Source of the DNA: Nitrospirota bacterium
GTDB taxonomy: Bacteria; Nitrospirota; Nitrospiria; Nitrospirales; Nitrospiraceae
NCBI GenBank assembly: GCA_963703955.1
Contig: CAVPGK010000006.1
Location: 96,001-160,000 of the forward strand
Reading direction: 5' to 3'
Length of the DNA: 64,000 nucleotides
In this document: positions 30,799-39,900 of the stretch, piece after piece
Layout: the number at the start of each line of letters is the position of its first letter
How positions within the stretch are numbered: the first letter of the stretch is position 1
Position numbers and translations under genes: made by a program
Notes under the pieces: generated by a model
Told to the model about the DNA's origin: nothing
What the model saw: the letters and a program-made list of their open reading frames with translations, nothing else
The model's database searches: none

Positions 30799-32433
30799 TC
30801 ACGCTCGTTCGCTATGCATTTGCTTCATGAACGGTGGGTCGCCGTACGCCTGCCGGTAGATCTGCATAGGCGCCAACTGATCAGCGAGCGAGACTACGTC
30901 GGTGCCGCCGTCGGCTGCCGGACGAAAGACGTCCAAAGCGTGGCTGTAATGGTACCGGCACCCATGGGAAGCCAGTTGCTCTCCGAGCTTTTCGGGTGGC
31001 TCCCAGTTGGCGGTGAGCAGCGAGGTGCGGGCGGGGTTGCGGCGGCTGAACATGAAGGAGAGATGATCGGGGTACCAGTCGGCGCCGCCGGTCGCGTAGG
31101 AGACAAATAATTTCGCCTTCGCGCTTGCGGCAAGCTGCGCGAGGTAGCTATTGGTCAGATAGCCGTTCTCCCCGACGTCCAGCCACTTCCCGGGATGAGA
31201 AAGGCTGGCATGCGCGGCATAGGTCCGGACCTCCAGCAGTTGTTGCTGGGAAGCCAACACCGTGGCAATCGGTCCATACTTTCGGACGAGATCGTCAATC
31301 ACACCTTCTTTCACCGCGGAGCGGCCCGAGTTGGTCGGGCCGCTGTCTACATGAACGAGCGTATTCTGGCCGCGATCGGCGATGAGATAGCAGTTCCGCG
31401 GCATCTCGATATCACAGGGGTCTTCACCGAAGAACGGCACGGAGACCACCGCCCCGCCGTCGAACGCCCACGTCTCGCCGTGAGCCAATTCGATGATGTG
31501 AGAAAATCCCAATTCGCGCAGGAGGGATGGATAATCAAAATAGAGCGCGCGCTTATTTCGCCGGCTCGGCACGATCACCGGAATATCTTTCGGCATGTGC
31601 AGGAGCGTGCGCGGGTCCACGTGATCGTCATGATCGTGGGTCAGAAAAACGGCCGCCGGGCGGGGCAGGAGCGAATTCCACAGCGACGGCACCGGCGATT
31701 CCGCGAACCAGGGCATGAGCCATGGATCGAAGAGCAAGAAGCGATCGCCCTGCCGGTAGAGCAACGCCGCATGACCGAGATGAACCAGGTCGCGATCCCG
31801 GATCGTGGAACGCCAGCGGTCTCCAACAGAGGCGCGTGCGGAGACCGTGAGGCAGTCATGCCGCTTCAGCGCATCCAGCAACTGGGTCAAGGTCCGCGAG
31901 CTGTCGCGACCCGCCGCCGTCGCCACCGTTCGAATCTCCGAGACCATGTGGGTTCCATCCAGAAACCCGAGAAATTTTCCCACGACCGGGGCAATAGGCC
32001 GGTCGAACGGCAAGGGAATCGCCTGTCGCCTGACGGAATTGAAGATCTGCAGGCCCATATAGGTCATGGTGGCGGATTTAGTCGGATCTTTGGGGAAATC
32101 CCAGCGAAAGACGCCATCGGGGCCACGCCCGCACCGAATGTGCGCGCTCAGATGCGGTCTGGAGTTGACGAGTTCGGCGTAGGCGTTCTCCAGTCTGACG
32201 CGGACGCTGGGATCATCGAGCGAGGCACGGCGGGAGAAGACATCGCTGATGGCGGTTTCGATTCCGCTCAGCAGCAGGCTGTGCGCCTCATGCAGACTGG
32301 CGACGACTTCGGGTGCCACGCCACCGACGAATGGAAAGGGACCCGGCGCTTCCGCACTTTCCAACTGAATCCAAGACCATGGCACCTGGCCGACATACTG
32401 ATCACTGTGCAACGTATCCCATACATCGGCCAT
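30799..32433 (-). CDS. Metallo-beta-lactamase-fold protein, CmlA-like architecture
   Basis: ~210-aa N-domain followed by GHA, FDPW, THDHDDH, PFFGE, HVDS, YATGG. Confidence 0.8.
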   Translation of the reverse strand: MADVWDTLHSDQYVGQVPWSWIQLESAEAPGPFPFVGGVAPEVVASLHEAHSLLLSGIETAISDVFSRRASLDDPSVRVRLENAYAELVNSRPHLSAHIRCGRGPDGVFRWDFPKDPTKSATMTYMGLQIFNSVRRQAIPLPFDRPIAPVVGKFLGFLDGTHMVSEIRTVATAAGRDSSRTLTQLLDALKRHDCLTVSARASVGDRWRSTIRDRDLVHLGHAALLYRQGDRFLLFDPWLMPWFAESPVPSLWNSLLPRPAAVFLTHDHDDHVDPRTLLHMPKDIPVIVPSRRNKRALYFDYPSLLRELGFSHIIELAHGETWAFDGGAVVSVPFFGEDPCDIEMPRNCYLIADRGQNTLVHVDSGPTNSGRSAVKEGVIDDLVRKYGPIATVLASQQQLLEVRTYAAHASLSHPGKWLDVGENGYLTNSYLAQLAASAKAKLFVSYATGGADWYPDHLSFMFSRRNPARTSLLTANWEPPEKLGEQLASHGCRYHYSHALDVFRPAADGGTDVVSLADQLAPMQIYRQAYGDPPFMKQMHSERA

Positions 32434-32440
32434 AAGATGC

Positions 32441-32470
32441 TTTTGCCTTTTTACTTTTGACTTTTGCCTT
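32441..32470 (-). repeat. Solo 7-nt-period arm (AAGGCAA AAGTCAA AAGTAAA AAGGCAA)
   Basis: Contains the same 16-mer as 33891-33906 and 34399-34414; supplies the VOC gene's stop codon. Confidence 0.75.
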
Positions 32471-32882
32471 GCGAGCCGCTGCTGATCGTCGGCTCGTAGA
32501 GCACCTGCACCGTGTTGCCGTCCGGATCGGCGACATAGAACGAATAGCTGTCGTCGCGATGCCGGATCGGGTGCTTCACAATCTTGTAACCGGCTTCCTC
32601 GACCTGCTTAAAGAGACGATCGACGGCTGCCGGCGACTCCATAATGATCCCCAAGTGATCCATGAACTGACCGCGCTGACCTTTGTACTGCGCTAACTCC
32701 GAAGCTGAAATCTGATGCAGCGCCAGATTGTCTGATCCTGAACTGAGATAGATGTTGTCCGCATCCGGCTGCCAGACGACCCGCATCCCGAAAAGTTGTT
32801 CATAAAAGGCCCGGGACCGACTCAGGTCAGTGACTTTCAGCGCCAGATGCCACAATCCTCGAACGCCAGTACCCATCATCAT
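32451..32882 (-). CDS. VOC/glyoxalase family protein
   Basis: HLALKV…FYE..FG, DHLG, FYVADPDGN. Confidence 0.9.
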   Translation of the reverse strand: MMMGTGVRGLWHLALKVTDLSRSRAFYEQLFGMRVVWQPDADNIYLSSGSDNLALHQISASELAQYKGQRGQFMDHLGIIMESPAAVDRLFKQVEEAGYKIVKHPIRHRDDSYSFYVADPDGNTVQVLYEPTISSGSQGKSQK

Positions 32883-33043
32883 CTCGCCATTGCTCGTCGT
32901 ATTTACTGCGTAGCCGGAAGCCCAGTCAATCAGAAACTCTGCCCTTCACTGAATGTCCAACGGATAGACATTGCGCACGGCCCGATCCGCTATGGTACGA
33001 TCCAACAGCTTCACCAAATTCTCATTCTGATGAGGAGAACCGG

Positions 33044-33898
33044 ATGCGACTGATCCGCGTGTCATTCGTTCTGTTCATGGCGATACTGTTTGGAGGACAC
33101 CATAGTGCTCATTCCGTAGGAATCGTTCCCACCGACATTGTCGGGAAAGACGGCGCGCCGATGGTGCTGGTTCCTTCCGGCCCGTTTCCGATGGGTGTGC
33201 CGCCCGGGGACCGAGACGGCGGCAGAGATGAGTATCCTCGCCATGAAGTCAGCCTCGATGGGTTCTACATCGATAAATTTGAAGTGACCAACGGCAAATA
33301 TTGGGAGTTTGTCAAAGTCACTGGGCATCGTATACCACAACACCCGCAAAACCCGAGCCGAACGCTTTGGGAGAACGGCCGGATCTCGGAATCACTGGGG
33401 GAGCGTCCGGTGATCAACGTGGACTGGTTCGACGCGGAAGCCTATTGCCGCTGGACCAGCAAGCGCCTGCCCACTGAAGCCGAGTGGGAAAAGGCGGCGC
33501 GCGGAACGGATGACCGGCGATTTCCTTGGGGCAACATGGAACCGACGCACAAACATCTCAATTACAACCAGCAGTGGCAGGGAGAAAAAACGCTCATGCC
33601 GGTCGGCAGCTATGAAGCGGGCAAGAGCCCCTATGGTGCCTATGACATGGCAGGAAATGTGTGGGAATGGGTGGCCGACTGGTACGATCCGCTGTACTAC
33701 GAAAAGAGCCCCGACAAGAATCCGCCGGGACCCGAGACCGGCACCCACAAAGTGCTCCGCAGCTCAGGCTGGTCGGTCGAGACTCCGCTGGTGCGAATCT
33801 TTACCCGGGTCAAGAGCGATCCGCTCAATCGGAATGACTCGACGGGCTTCCGGTGCGCGGTAGGCGCACCAGAAGCCCGAGTAAAAAGTGAAAAGTAA
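33044..33898 (+). CDS. FGE-sulfatase (SUMF1)-domain exported protein
   Basis: FPMG, EVTN, RLPTEAEWEKAARG, DMAGNVWEW, GFRC. Confidence 0.92.
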   Translation: MRLIRVSFVLFMAILFGGHHSAHSVGIVPTDIVGKDGAPMVLVPSGPFPMGVPPGDRDGGRDEYPRHEVSLDGFYIDKFEVTNGKYWEFVKVTGHRIPQHPQNPSRTLWENGRISESLGERPVINVDWFDAEAYCRWTSKRLPTEAEWEKAARGTDDRRFPWGNMEPTHKHLNYNQQWQGEKTLMPVGSYEAGKSPYGAYDMAGNVWEWVADWYDPLYYEKSPDKNPPGPETGTHKVLRSSGWSVETPLVRIFTRVKSDPLNRNDSTGFRCAVGAPEARVKSEK

Positions 33899-34419
33899 AA
33901 AGGCAAAAGTTGACAGCAAAGAACTGGAACGAGACCGAAGTAATAAGGAAAAATTAGTAGAGGCAAGACTGGGTACGAACCAGGAAGAAGCTAATAGCAT
34001 AAGGTCGGATGGAAGACGGGATATTCAAGAGCGCACGTTTTCTTTTGCCTTGAGCGTTATCCGCTTATGCAAGAAGATCGATGGCAGGTCTGGTGTTGGA
34101 AGGGTCCTTGCCCTTCAGCTTCTGAGAGCAGGAACATCCGTTGGTGCCAACGTGGAGGAAGCACAGGCTGGACAGAGTCGAGCAGATTTCGTTAGTAAAT
34201 ATTCAATTGCTCTCAAGGAAATTCGTGAAACGCGTTACTGGCTCCGCCTCATTGAGGAATCCGCTATCATGGACTGCCGTGCCATTACTCCCTTACTTCA
34301 AAGGTCTGTAGAATTCGGCCGAATTCTTTGGAGCGACCGTATCCCGAACAAACCAAGGGCCGATAGCATGAAACTTCTTACTTTCTTATTTTTTACTCTT
34401 GCCTTTTTACTTTTTCCTT
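33879..34419. mobile_element. 7-nt-period inverted-repeat element enclosing a four-helix-bundle gene
   Basis: Left arm 33879-33910 and right arm 34373-34419 share the exact inverted 16-mer AAAAGTAAAAAGGCAA. Confidence 0.6.
34009..34371 (+). CDS. Four-helix-bundle protein (23S rRNA IVP/TIGR02436-like); probable indels near both ends
   Basis: DIQERTF.FA…QLLRAGTSVGANVEEAQ..QSRADF..K..IALKE..ET.YWL; removing one T near 34328 gives …RILGATVSRTNQGPIA* ending at 34371; start uncertain (ORF track uses 33888). Confidence 0.85.
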
Positions 34420-34429
34420 CGAGGCTGCG

Positions 34430-35293
34430 ATGACAGAGCAAGGTTTTCGCGGACTCCGGGTGGCGGCTTTCGAGAGTCGGATGGCGGCTGAGATGGCGCG
34501 TTTGATCGCTCATTACGGCGGCCAGCCGCTTGTTGCTCCGTCGATGCGTGAGATTCCTCTTCAGGACAATACCGAAGTCTTGCATTTCGGTGAGCGACTA
34601 GTCGCCGATCAGTTCGATATGGTGATCTTACTCACCGGCGTGGGGACCCGGACAATGACTGAGGTCCTGCAGACGCGCTATTCTCTGGAGACCATCACAA
34701 GCGCGCTGGCTCGGGTCATTCTCGTGGCTCGAGGCCCGAAGCCTATCGCGGCCCTGAAGGAGCTTGGTCTGGCCGCGACCATTGCTGTGCCGGAGCCCAA
34801 CACCTGGCGCGACATCATTCACGCGCTCGACGCCCATAGACCTGTGGCCGGACTTCGCGTCGCCGTTCAGGAATACGGCGTCTCCAATGCCGAACTGCTC
34901 CACGCCTTGCGCGAGCGAGGCGCAGAGGTCACGCGAGTTCCCGTCTATCGGTGGGCCTTACCGGAAGACATCACACCGCTCAGAGAGGTCATCGACGCGG
35001 TACTCCAGGGAGAGGTGGACGTCGTCCTCATCACGAACGCCGTCCAGGTTGATCATATCATGCGTCTTCTTAGTCAGGATCCTCAATTCAAGGGAGGGAC
35101 CGACCGGTTTCGTGAGGCCACCGGGCAGATGATCGTCGCCTCTGTGGGTCCGACAGCCAGCGAACGTCTGCAGGGTTACGGTTTACGGGTCGATCTTGAA
35201 CCCTCCCATCCCAAGATGGGCATCCTCGTGAAGGAAACCAGCGAACACGCCCGCGCTCTTCTTGAAGTCAAGAGAGGAGCCCATCCCATTTAA
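34430..35293 (+). CDS. hemD: Uroporphyrinogen-III synthase
   Basis: ESRMA.EM, LTGVG, ARGPKP, PVYRW, SVGPT. Confidence 0.85.
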   Translation: MTEQGFRGLRVAAFESRMAAEMARLIAHYGGQPLVAPSMREIPLQDNTEVLHFGERLVADQFDMVILLTGVGTRTMTEVLQTRYSLETITSALARVILVARGPKPIAALKELGLAATIAVPEPNTWRDIIHALDAHRPVAGLRVAVQEYGVSNAELLHALRERGAEVTRVPVYRWALPEDITPLREVIDAVLQGEVDVVLITNAVQVDHIMRLLSQDPQFKGGTDRFREATGQMIVASVGPTASERLQGYGLRVDLEPSHPKMGILVKETSEHARALLEVKRGAHPI

Positions 35294-35329
35294 ACATCGT
35301 AGTCCGAATCAACGATCTACGCGTGCTCG

Positions 35330-36298
35330 CTAGGGCGCCGCCTTGGCTGCCGCATCGACAGGCTTTTCTGCTAGGCTCTCCGTGACCGACCGCGCACAAC
35401 GAAATCCGAGCCAGTTCATCTTCACGGTCGGCTCGGCCCCGTTCCGTTGCGCAGGCCGTACGGAGGGCGAACTGTCAATCCATCCGCCTCCACGAAAGGC
35501 TTTCTGAGTTCCGCGATCCGGCCCCTTGGGATTCCGGTCCGGCGCCGTTTTGTAATAGTTCGGGTCGTACCAGTCGGCCGTCCATTCCGCCACATTGCCG
35601 GCCATTTGAAAGACGCCGTACGGACTGACCGCGTTTTCGTATTTATCGACTGAGATGATCGGCGGGTAAAGCAGCAGTCGTTCGGGGCGATCCCTGACCG
35701 GTCCCGACAGCCCCGTTCGCCCGAAGTTGGCCCGACTCAGTCCCGCCGGCTGATTGCCCCAGGGATAGATGCGGCCGTCCTCGCCTCTAGCGGCCTTCTC
35801 CCATTCCGCCGAGGTCGGCAAGCGCTTGCCGGCCCAGCGACAATACGCATCGGCGTCATACCAACTCACGTGCATCACCGGGTGATGCGACATAGATTCC
35901 TGGAAGTTTCCGCCGTCATATCGCCAATCGAGCAGCGGGGGACGATCGGTCGCCACGACGAATTTCAGAAATTGCAGAGCGGTGACTTCGTACTTGTCGA
36001 CGTCATACGTATCCAGAAAAACCCGCCGCTGAGGCATCTCAGGCGGATACGCATTGTGATCTTTTTTCTTGTCGCTGCCCATCAAAAACGATCCGGCCGG
36101 AATGCCGACCATCTCATCTACCGTCGGCAATTTTGCTCGCTCAGCCGCCAGCTTCTTACCTTCGGGCGTCCATTCCGGTGTGACGTCCGCCACATCCAAT
36201 CCCCAGACAAGACCGGCTCCCACAAGGCCGGCGACGAAGAACAATCCCGTTATGAAAGCCTTGACCCTCGAATAACTTCTTTGACCCATGACGCGCAC
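35330..36298 (-). CDS. FGE-sulfatase (SUMF1)-domain exported protein
   Basis: FLMGS, EVT, RLPTSAEWEKAARG, MAGNVAEW, RGGGW, GFRC. Confidence 0.92.
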   Translation of the reverse strand: MRVMGQRSYSRVKAFITGLFFVAGLVGAGLVWGLDVADVTPEWTPEGKKLAAERAKLPTVDEMVGIPAGSFLMGSDKKKDHNAYPPEMPQRRVFLDTYDVDKYEVTALQFLKFVVATDRPPLLDWRYDGGNFQESMSHHPVMHVSWYDADAYCRWAGKRLPTSAEWEKAARGEDGRIYPWGNQPAGLSRANFGRTGLSGPVRDRPERLLLYPPIISVDKYENAVSPYGVFQMAGNVAEWTADWYDPNYYKTAPDRNPKGPDRGTQKAFRGGGWIDSSPSVRPAQRNGAEPTVKMNWLGFRCARSVTESLAEKPVDAAAKAAP

Positions 36299-36322
36299 CC
36301 CATTCCTCCCTCAGTGAGCGGT

Positions 36323-36916
36323 TTACATTGTCTGCTTTTTCTCCGGCGGTTTGGGCCCGTCGAATTCTTCCAACGGTTGAAAGTTCACGGGCAATTCGAA
36401 CAGGAAATCAGAGATCGATCGCAATTTGACGTTTCGGTACTCGACCAGCCACTTGCCGTCTTTCCTCGCCAACTTGAGCGGAAAGCGAATATCCGTCGCC
36501 AACCATTGATAGTAGACGTCGGTGTGCCTCTTCTGTTGAACCGTCACCTCATATAAAGTTGTGGGGTGACCGTCCAGGGTTTCCGTGCCGATCTCTTCGC
36601 GCGAGATCTCCCCGTCCAGGCGCTCGCTGACTTTCGGCGCTTGCTCAGGGTCATACGGCACCGTCTTGAAGTGGCGCATCCGCGACAGCAACAACCACAT
36701 CACCTGCTTGTCCTTACGGACGATGGTGACGTTCACGGGACTGAGGTCCTGATGTTCGAGCCGCCACATGTTATCCCGGTAATAGATATTAGCTCTTCGG
36801 CTGTGCCCATCGATGCGTGTGATCTGATCGGCGGAGAATTCCAGCGCCCAGACGCTGCCGAACCCGAGCGATGAGAGAAGCGCGACGAGCATTCCAGCCA
36901 TCGACATTCTTTGCAT
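36323..36916 (-). CDS. Exported DUF4412-like protein
   Basis: Signal peptide, EFSAD, GTETLDGHPT.LY, FELP. Confidence 0.75.
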   Translation of the reverse strand: MQRMSMAGMLVALLSSLGFGSVWALEFSADQITRIDGHSRRANIYYRDNMWRLEHQDLSPVNVTIVRKDKQVMWLLLSRMRHFKTVPYDPEQAPKVSERLDGEISREEIGTETLDGHPTTLYEVTVQQKRHTDVYYQWLATDIRFPLKLARKDGKWLVEYRNVKLRSISDFLFELPVNFQPLEEFDGPKPPEKKQTM

Positions 36917-37140
36917 AAGCGCAGTCTAACATAGAGGCATCACACCCGCCCACCTACCGCCCCTCCACCTTCCCGGTCCCCGGGCGCACCGGCTGTGTTA
37001 TTTTCTCACCTGCTATCTCACCCACCACCCCCAGCCACACCAAGACGCGGCTTCTTGCCGTGACCTGAGCCTGCCGAGATCGGCCGGAGTGGTCGCAGAA
37101 TCGATGATGTCAGCGGCTGCCGCGGACACGTTCCATTCGT

Positions 37141-37617
37141 TCAGGTTCGCGCCAGTGCGACGGCCATAAAGAGGACGGCCATAGCCACGAGGAGACCGAG
37201 GCGGCCAACCCAGGTCGAGAGGCCGATCAAGAATTGATCGGCGGAAGTGGGAGTCTCGGGAGATTCTTTTCTCAGTCGCGCGACCAAGGGCCCCAACCAG
37301 AAGTCGTGCACTGCGGTGAGGCCGATCAGAAGCGCGACCAGCCACAGCTTCGTCATGAGGACGGACCGCCAGCCTTCGGGTTCCGCCAAGGTTCCGGTTC
37401 TTGAACTCACCAGGAGCGGCCCCGTTGCGACCAGAAGAATCATGGATCCCCAGACCGCGACTCGAAACCGTCGAGCCAGCGTTTGAAAGAGAACCCTGCG
37501 GTCGGCGCCAAAGGTTCCCCGCCTGAAAACCGGCGCCAGAATGAACGACAGGAAAACCATCCCGCCGATCCATATGACAGCTGCTAACACATGGACCCAT
37601 GCCAGCAAGATCATCAT
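37141..37617 (-). CDS. CopD/DUF4149-like membrane protein
   Basis: WVHVLAAVIWIGGM…HDF.LGP. Confidence 0.8.
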   Translation of the reverse strand: MMILLAWVHVLAAVIWIGGMVFLSFILAPVFRRGTFGADRRVLFQTLARRFRVAVWGSMILLVATGPLLVSSRTGTLAEPEGWRSVLMTKLWLVALLIGLTAVHDFWLGPLVARLRKESPETPTSADQFLIGLSTWVGRLGLLVAMAVLFMAVALART

Positions 37618-37665
37618 CCTTGCGCCTCCTTGAACCCTCTCAAAGCCGCGCGATCATACCATAAG

Positions 37666-37825
37666 CCATTTGATGATTTGTTGATCTGGTGATGTGCTGA
37701 CTTGACAGAGAATCTGTATCTGATCCATTGATTTGTTGATTTGTTCAACTCGTTCATTTATTGATTGCTGAGAGCAAGGCAACCGTCTTCAATCATCAGA
37801 TCACAAATCAGTAAATCAACGATCC
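37666..37825. repeat. Second 8-nt-period inverted repeat element
   Basis: TGATTTGTTGATCTGGTGA at 37674-37692 is identical to 20194-20212; right arm aatcatcagatcacaaatcagtaaatcaac. Confidence 0.75.
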
Positions 37826-38827
37826 ATGAGAGCGATGCTGCTGGAGCACAGTGCCGACGTGAACTCAGCTCCTCTCCGGTTGCAGGAGGTTCCGCGCCCC
37901 GATCCAGGTCCTGGACAGATACGGGTGCAGGTCCAGGTCTGCGGAGTCTGCCGCACCGACCTGCACATCGTCGAGGGGGAACTGCCGCCGGCTCAGCGAC
38001 CGGTCATCCCCGGACATGAAACGGTCGGCATTGTAGATGGAACCGGAAGGGGCGTGCGATCGGTAAAGGAAGGGGACCGCGTCGGGATCGCCTGGCTCCA
38101 GGCAACCTGCGGGCGCTGCGAGTTCTGCATGAGCGGGCGGGAAAACCTTTGTGCGCTCGCGTCCTTCACTGGCTACCACGTCGATGGAGGATACGCCGAG
38201 TATGCGATGGTGCCGGAAGCCTTCGCGTACCCGATTCCATCAGTCTTCAGCGACGACGAAGCTGCGCCCTTGCTCTGCGCAGGCATTATCGGCTATCGTG
38301 CGCTCCGTCTCAGCAATGTGCGGCCTGGACAGCGCCTGGGCCTCTATGGCTTCGGTGCATCGGCCCATATCACGATCCAGGTCGCCCGGCATTGGGGCTG
38401 CTCGGTTTATGTCTGCTCATTGCGCGAAGAACACCGCGCGCTCGCTCGTGAGCTTGGCGCGGTGTGGGTCGGCGGCGCCACGGACCTTCCTCCAGACAAG
38501 CTGCACGGTGCCATCATTTTTGCGCCGGCGGGCGAAATCGTCCCGCCGGCGCTCCGCGCGTTGGAGAAAGGCGGGACGGTCGCGATCGCCGGCATCCACA
38601 TGACAACCATCCCCCCCATCGACTACGACCACGACCTGTTCCATGAGCGAATGATCAGGAGCGTGACCGCCAACACGAAACAAGACGGCGTTGATCTTCT
38701 ACAAGAAGCCGCCGCCATTCCCATCCGCACGCACACCCAACGCTTCAAGCTCGAAGAAGCGAATCTGGCGTTGCAAGCACTGAAGGCAGGAAAAATCCGA
38801 GGAGCGGGGGTTCTGACGGTGAGCTGA
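37826..38827 (+). CDS. Zinc-dependent alcohol dehydrogenase family protein
   Basis: CGVCRTDLH, GHE, C..C..C…C, GFGASA. Confidence 0.93.
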   Translation: MRAMLLEHSADVNSAPLRLQEVPRPDPGPGQIRVQVQVCGVCRTDLHIVEGELPPAQRPVIPGHETVGIVDGTGRGVRSVKEGDRVGIAWLQATCGRCEFCMSGRENLCALASFTGYHVDGGYAEYAMVPEAFAYPIPSVFSDDEAAPLLCAGIIGYRALRLSNVRPGQRLGLYGFGASAHITIQVARHWGCSVYVCSLREEHRALARELGAVWVGGATDLPPDKLHGAIIFAPAGEIVPPALRALEKGGTVAIAGIHMTTIPPIDYDHDLFHERMIRSVTANTKQDGVDLLQEAAAIPIRTHTQRFKLEEANLALQALKAGKIRGAGVLTVS

Positions 38828-38906
38828 AGTCTCGTTTCCACCAGTTTTCTGGTGCGACAGGCAAACGGTACTTCCCACACCTAAGGGATCTCTCAGCTAT
38901 TTAAAT

Positions 38907-39058
38907 CCCCTGCCATTGTTGGCAGAGTGGCGGCGGATCGTGGCGTGGATCGAAGCCTTGGCGGGCGAGTGTCCGTAGCAAGGTCAGCCTCGACATCTTG
39001 ATAAGAGGAACCCCTGAAAGCCTCCGATAACCTTCCTGAACCTGATGTCATCGCGCAA
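38907..39058 (+). pseudogene. Relic fragments of type I restriction-modification genes (hsdS-like and hsdM C-terminus-like)
   Basis: PLPLLAEWRRIVAWIEAL; KVSLDI…ASDNLPEPDVIAQ in shifted frames. Confidence 0.55.
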
Positions 39059-39126
39059 GCTCCCCGAATTTGAGACGATCTTAAAGGGGAACTTTCTGGC
39101 GGAATAGCCACCCTGGCCAGCCGCTC

Positions 39127-39173
39127 TTGACGCGTTGCCCGGCAGCCAGTAAGATGGTTCCATTCTGGAACCA
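39127..39173 (+). promoter_or_regulatory. TA operon promoter with palindromic operator
   Basis: TTGACG-17nt-TAAGAT followed by TGGTTCCA-ttc-TGGAACCA. Confidence 0.65.
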
Positions 39174-39193
39174 CATCATTTTTTTGAGGCGCC

Positions 39194-39436
39194 ATGGCAA
39201 CCCTAACGGTCAAGAATATTCCGGACCCGCTCTATAAGCGGCTTAAGCGACAAGCTGCCCGGCGGCATCGTAGCCTCAATCAGGAAATTATTTCCTGTCT
39301 GGAGCAAGCGGCCGCTCTGCCCGAGATCAATCCGCAGACGATTTTACGCGGGGCTCGCGCGCTCAGGCGGTTGTATACGGGGCCGCCGCTGACTGAGGAA
39401 CGGCTCAGCCGTCTCAAGCGGGCCGGGCGGTTATGA
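39194..39436 (+). CDS. FitA-like ribbon-helix-helix antitoxin
   Basis: MATLTVKNIPD.LY..LK..A..RHRSLNQEI. Confidence 0.88.
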   Translation: MATLTVKNIPDPLYKRLKRQAARRHRSLNQEIISCLEQAAALPEINPQTILRGARALRRLYTGPPLTEERLSRLKRAGRL

Positions 39437-39833
39437 TCGTCGTGGATACCAACCTTCTGGTCTATCTGTACGTTCCCGGTCGGGATACACCCGTCGCGGA
39501 AGCCGTGTTGACGCGCGATCCGATCTGGATCTCGACTCCGCTCTGGCAATCAGAGTTCCGCAATGCGCTGGCTGGGTTTATACGAGAAGGCGCTCTGACG
39601 GTCGAGGGAGGAAAGCGGATTGCAGCGCGAGCCGAGTCTTGGATGCGGGGACGGGAGCATGCGGTCTCAAGTGACCACGTTTTGGACCTGGCTGCCACGT
39701 CCGGCTGCACGGCTTATGATTGTGAATTCGTCGCATTGGCGGAAGGCACTGCGGTTTCGCTGGTGACACTCGATAAGAGATTCTGCGAGCTTTTCCTGAG
39801 ATTGCGCTCTCCCCGACCGCATTCCTGGACTGA
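39433..39833 (+). CDS. vapC: VapC/PIN toxin (probable indel near 39778)
   Basis: IVVDTN, SEFRN, AYDCEF, LVTLD; the typical tail ILRAFPEIA…FLD* is in the next frame. Confidence 0.88.
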
Positions 39834-39900
39834 CAGGCAACGCTCCTAACTCCTCCTCCAGGTCACTGCCGAGCCGGCGTGTAAACCAGTTTACCTTTTC

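Noticed and set aside
33044..36298. Diversity-generating retroelement (FGE/CLec-type target next to an Avd-like four-helix bundle)
   Set aside because: No reverse transcriptase, and I found no template-repeat copy of either FGE gene's 3' region in the window.
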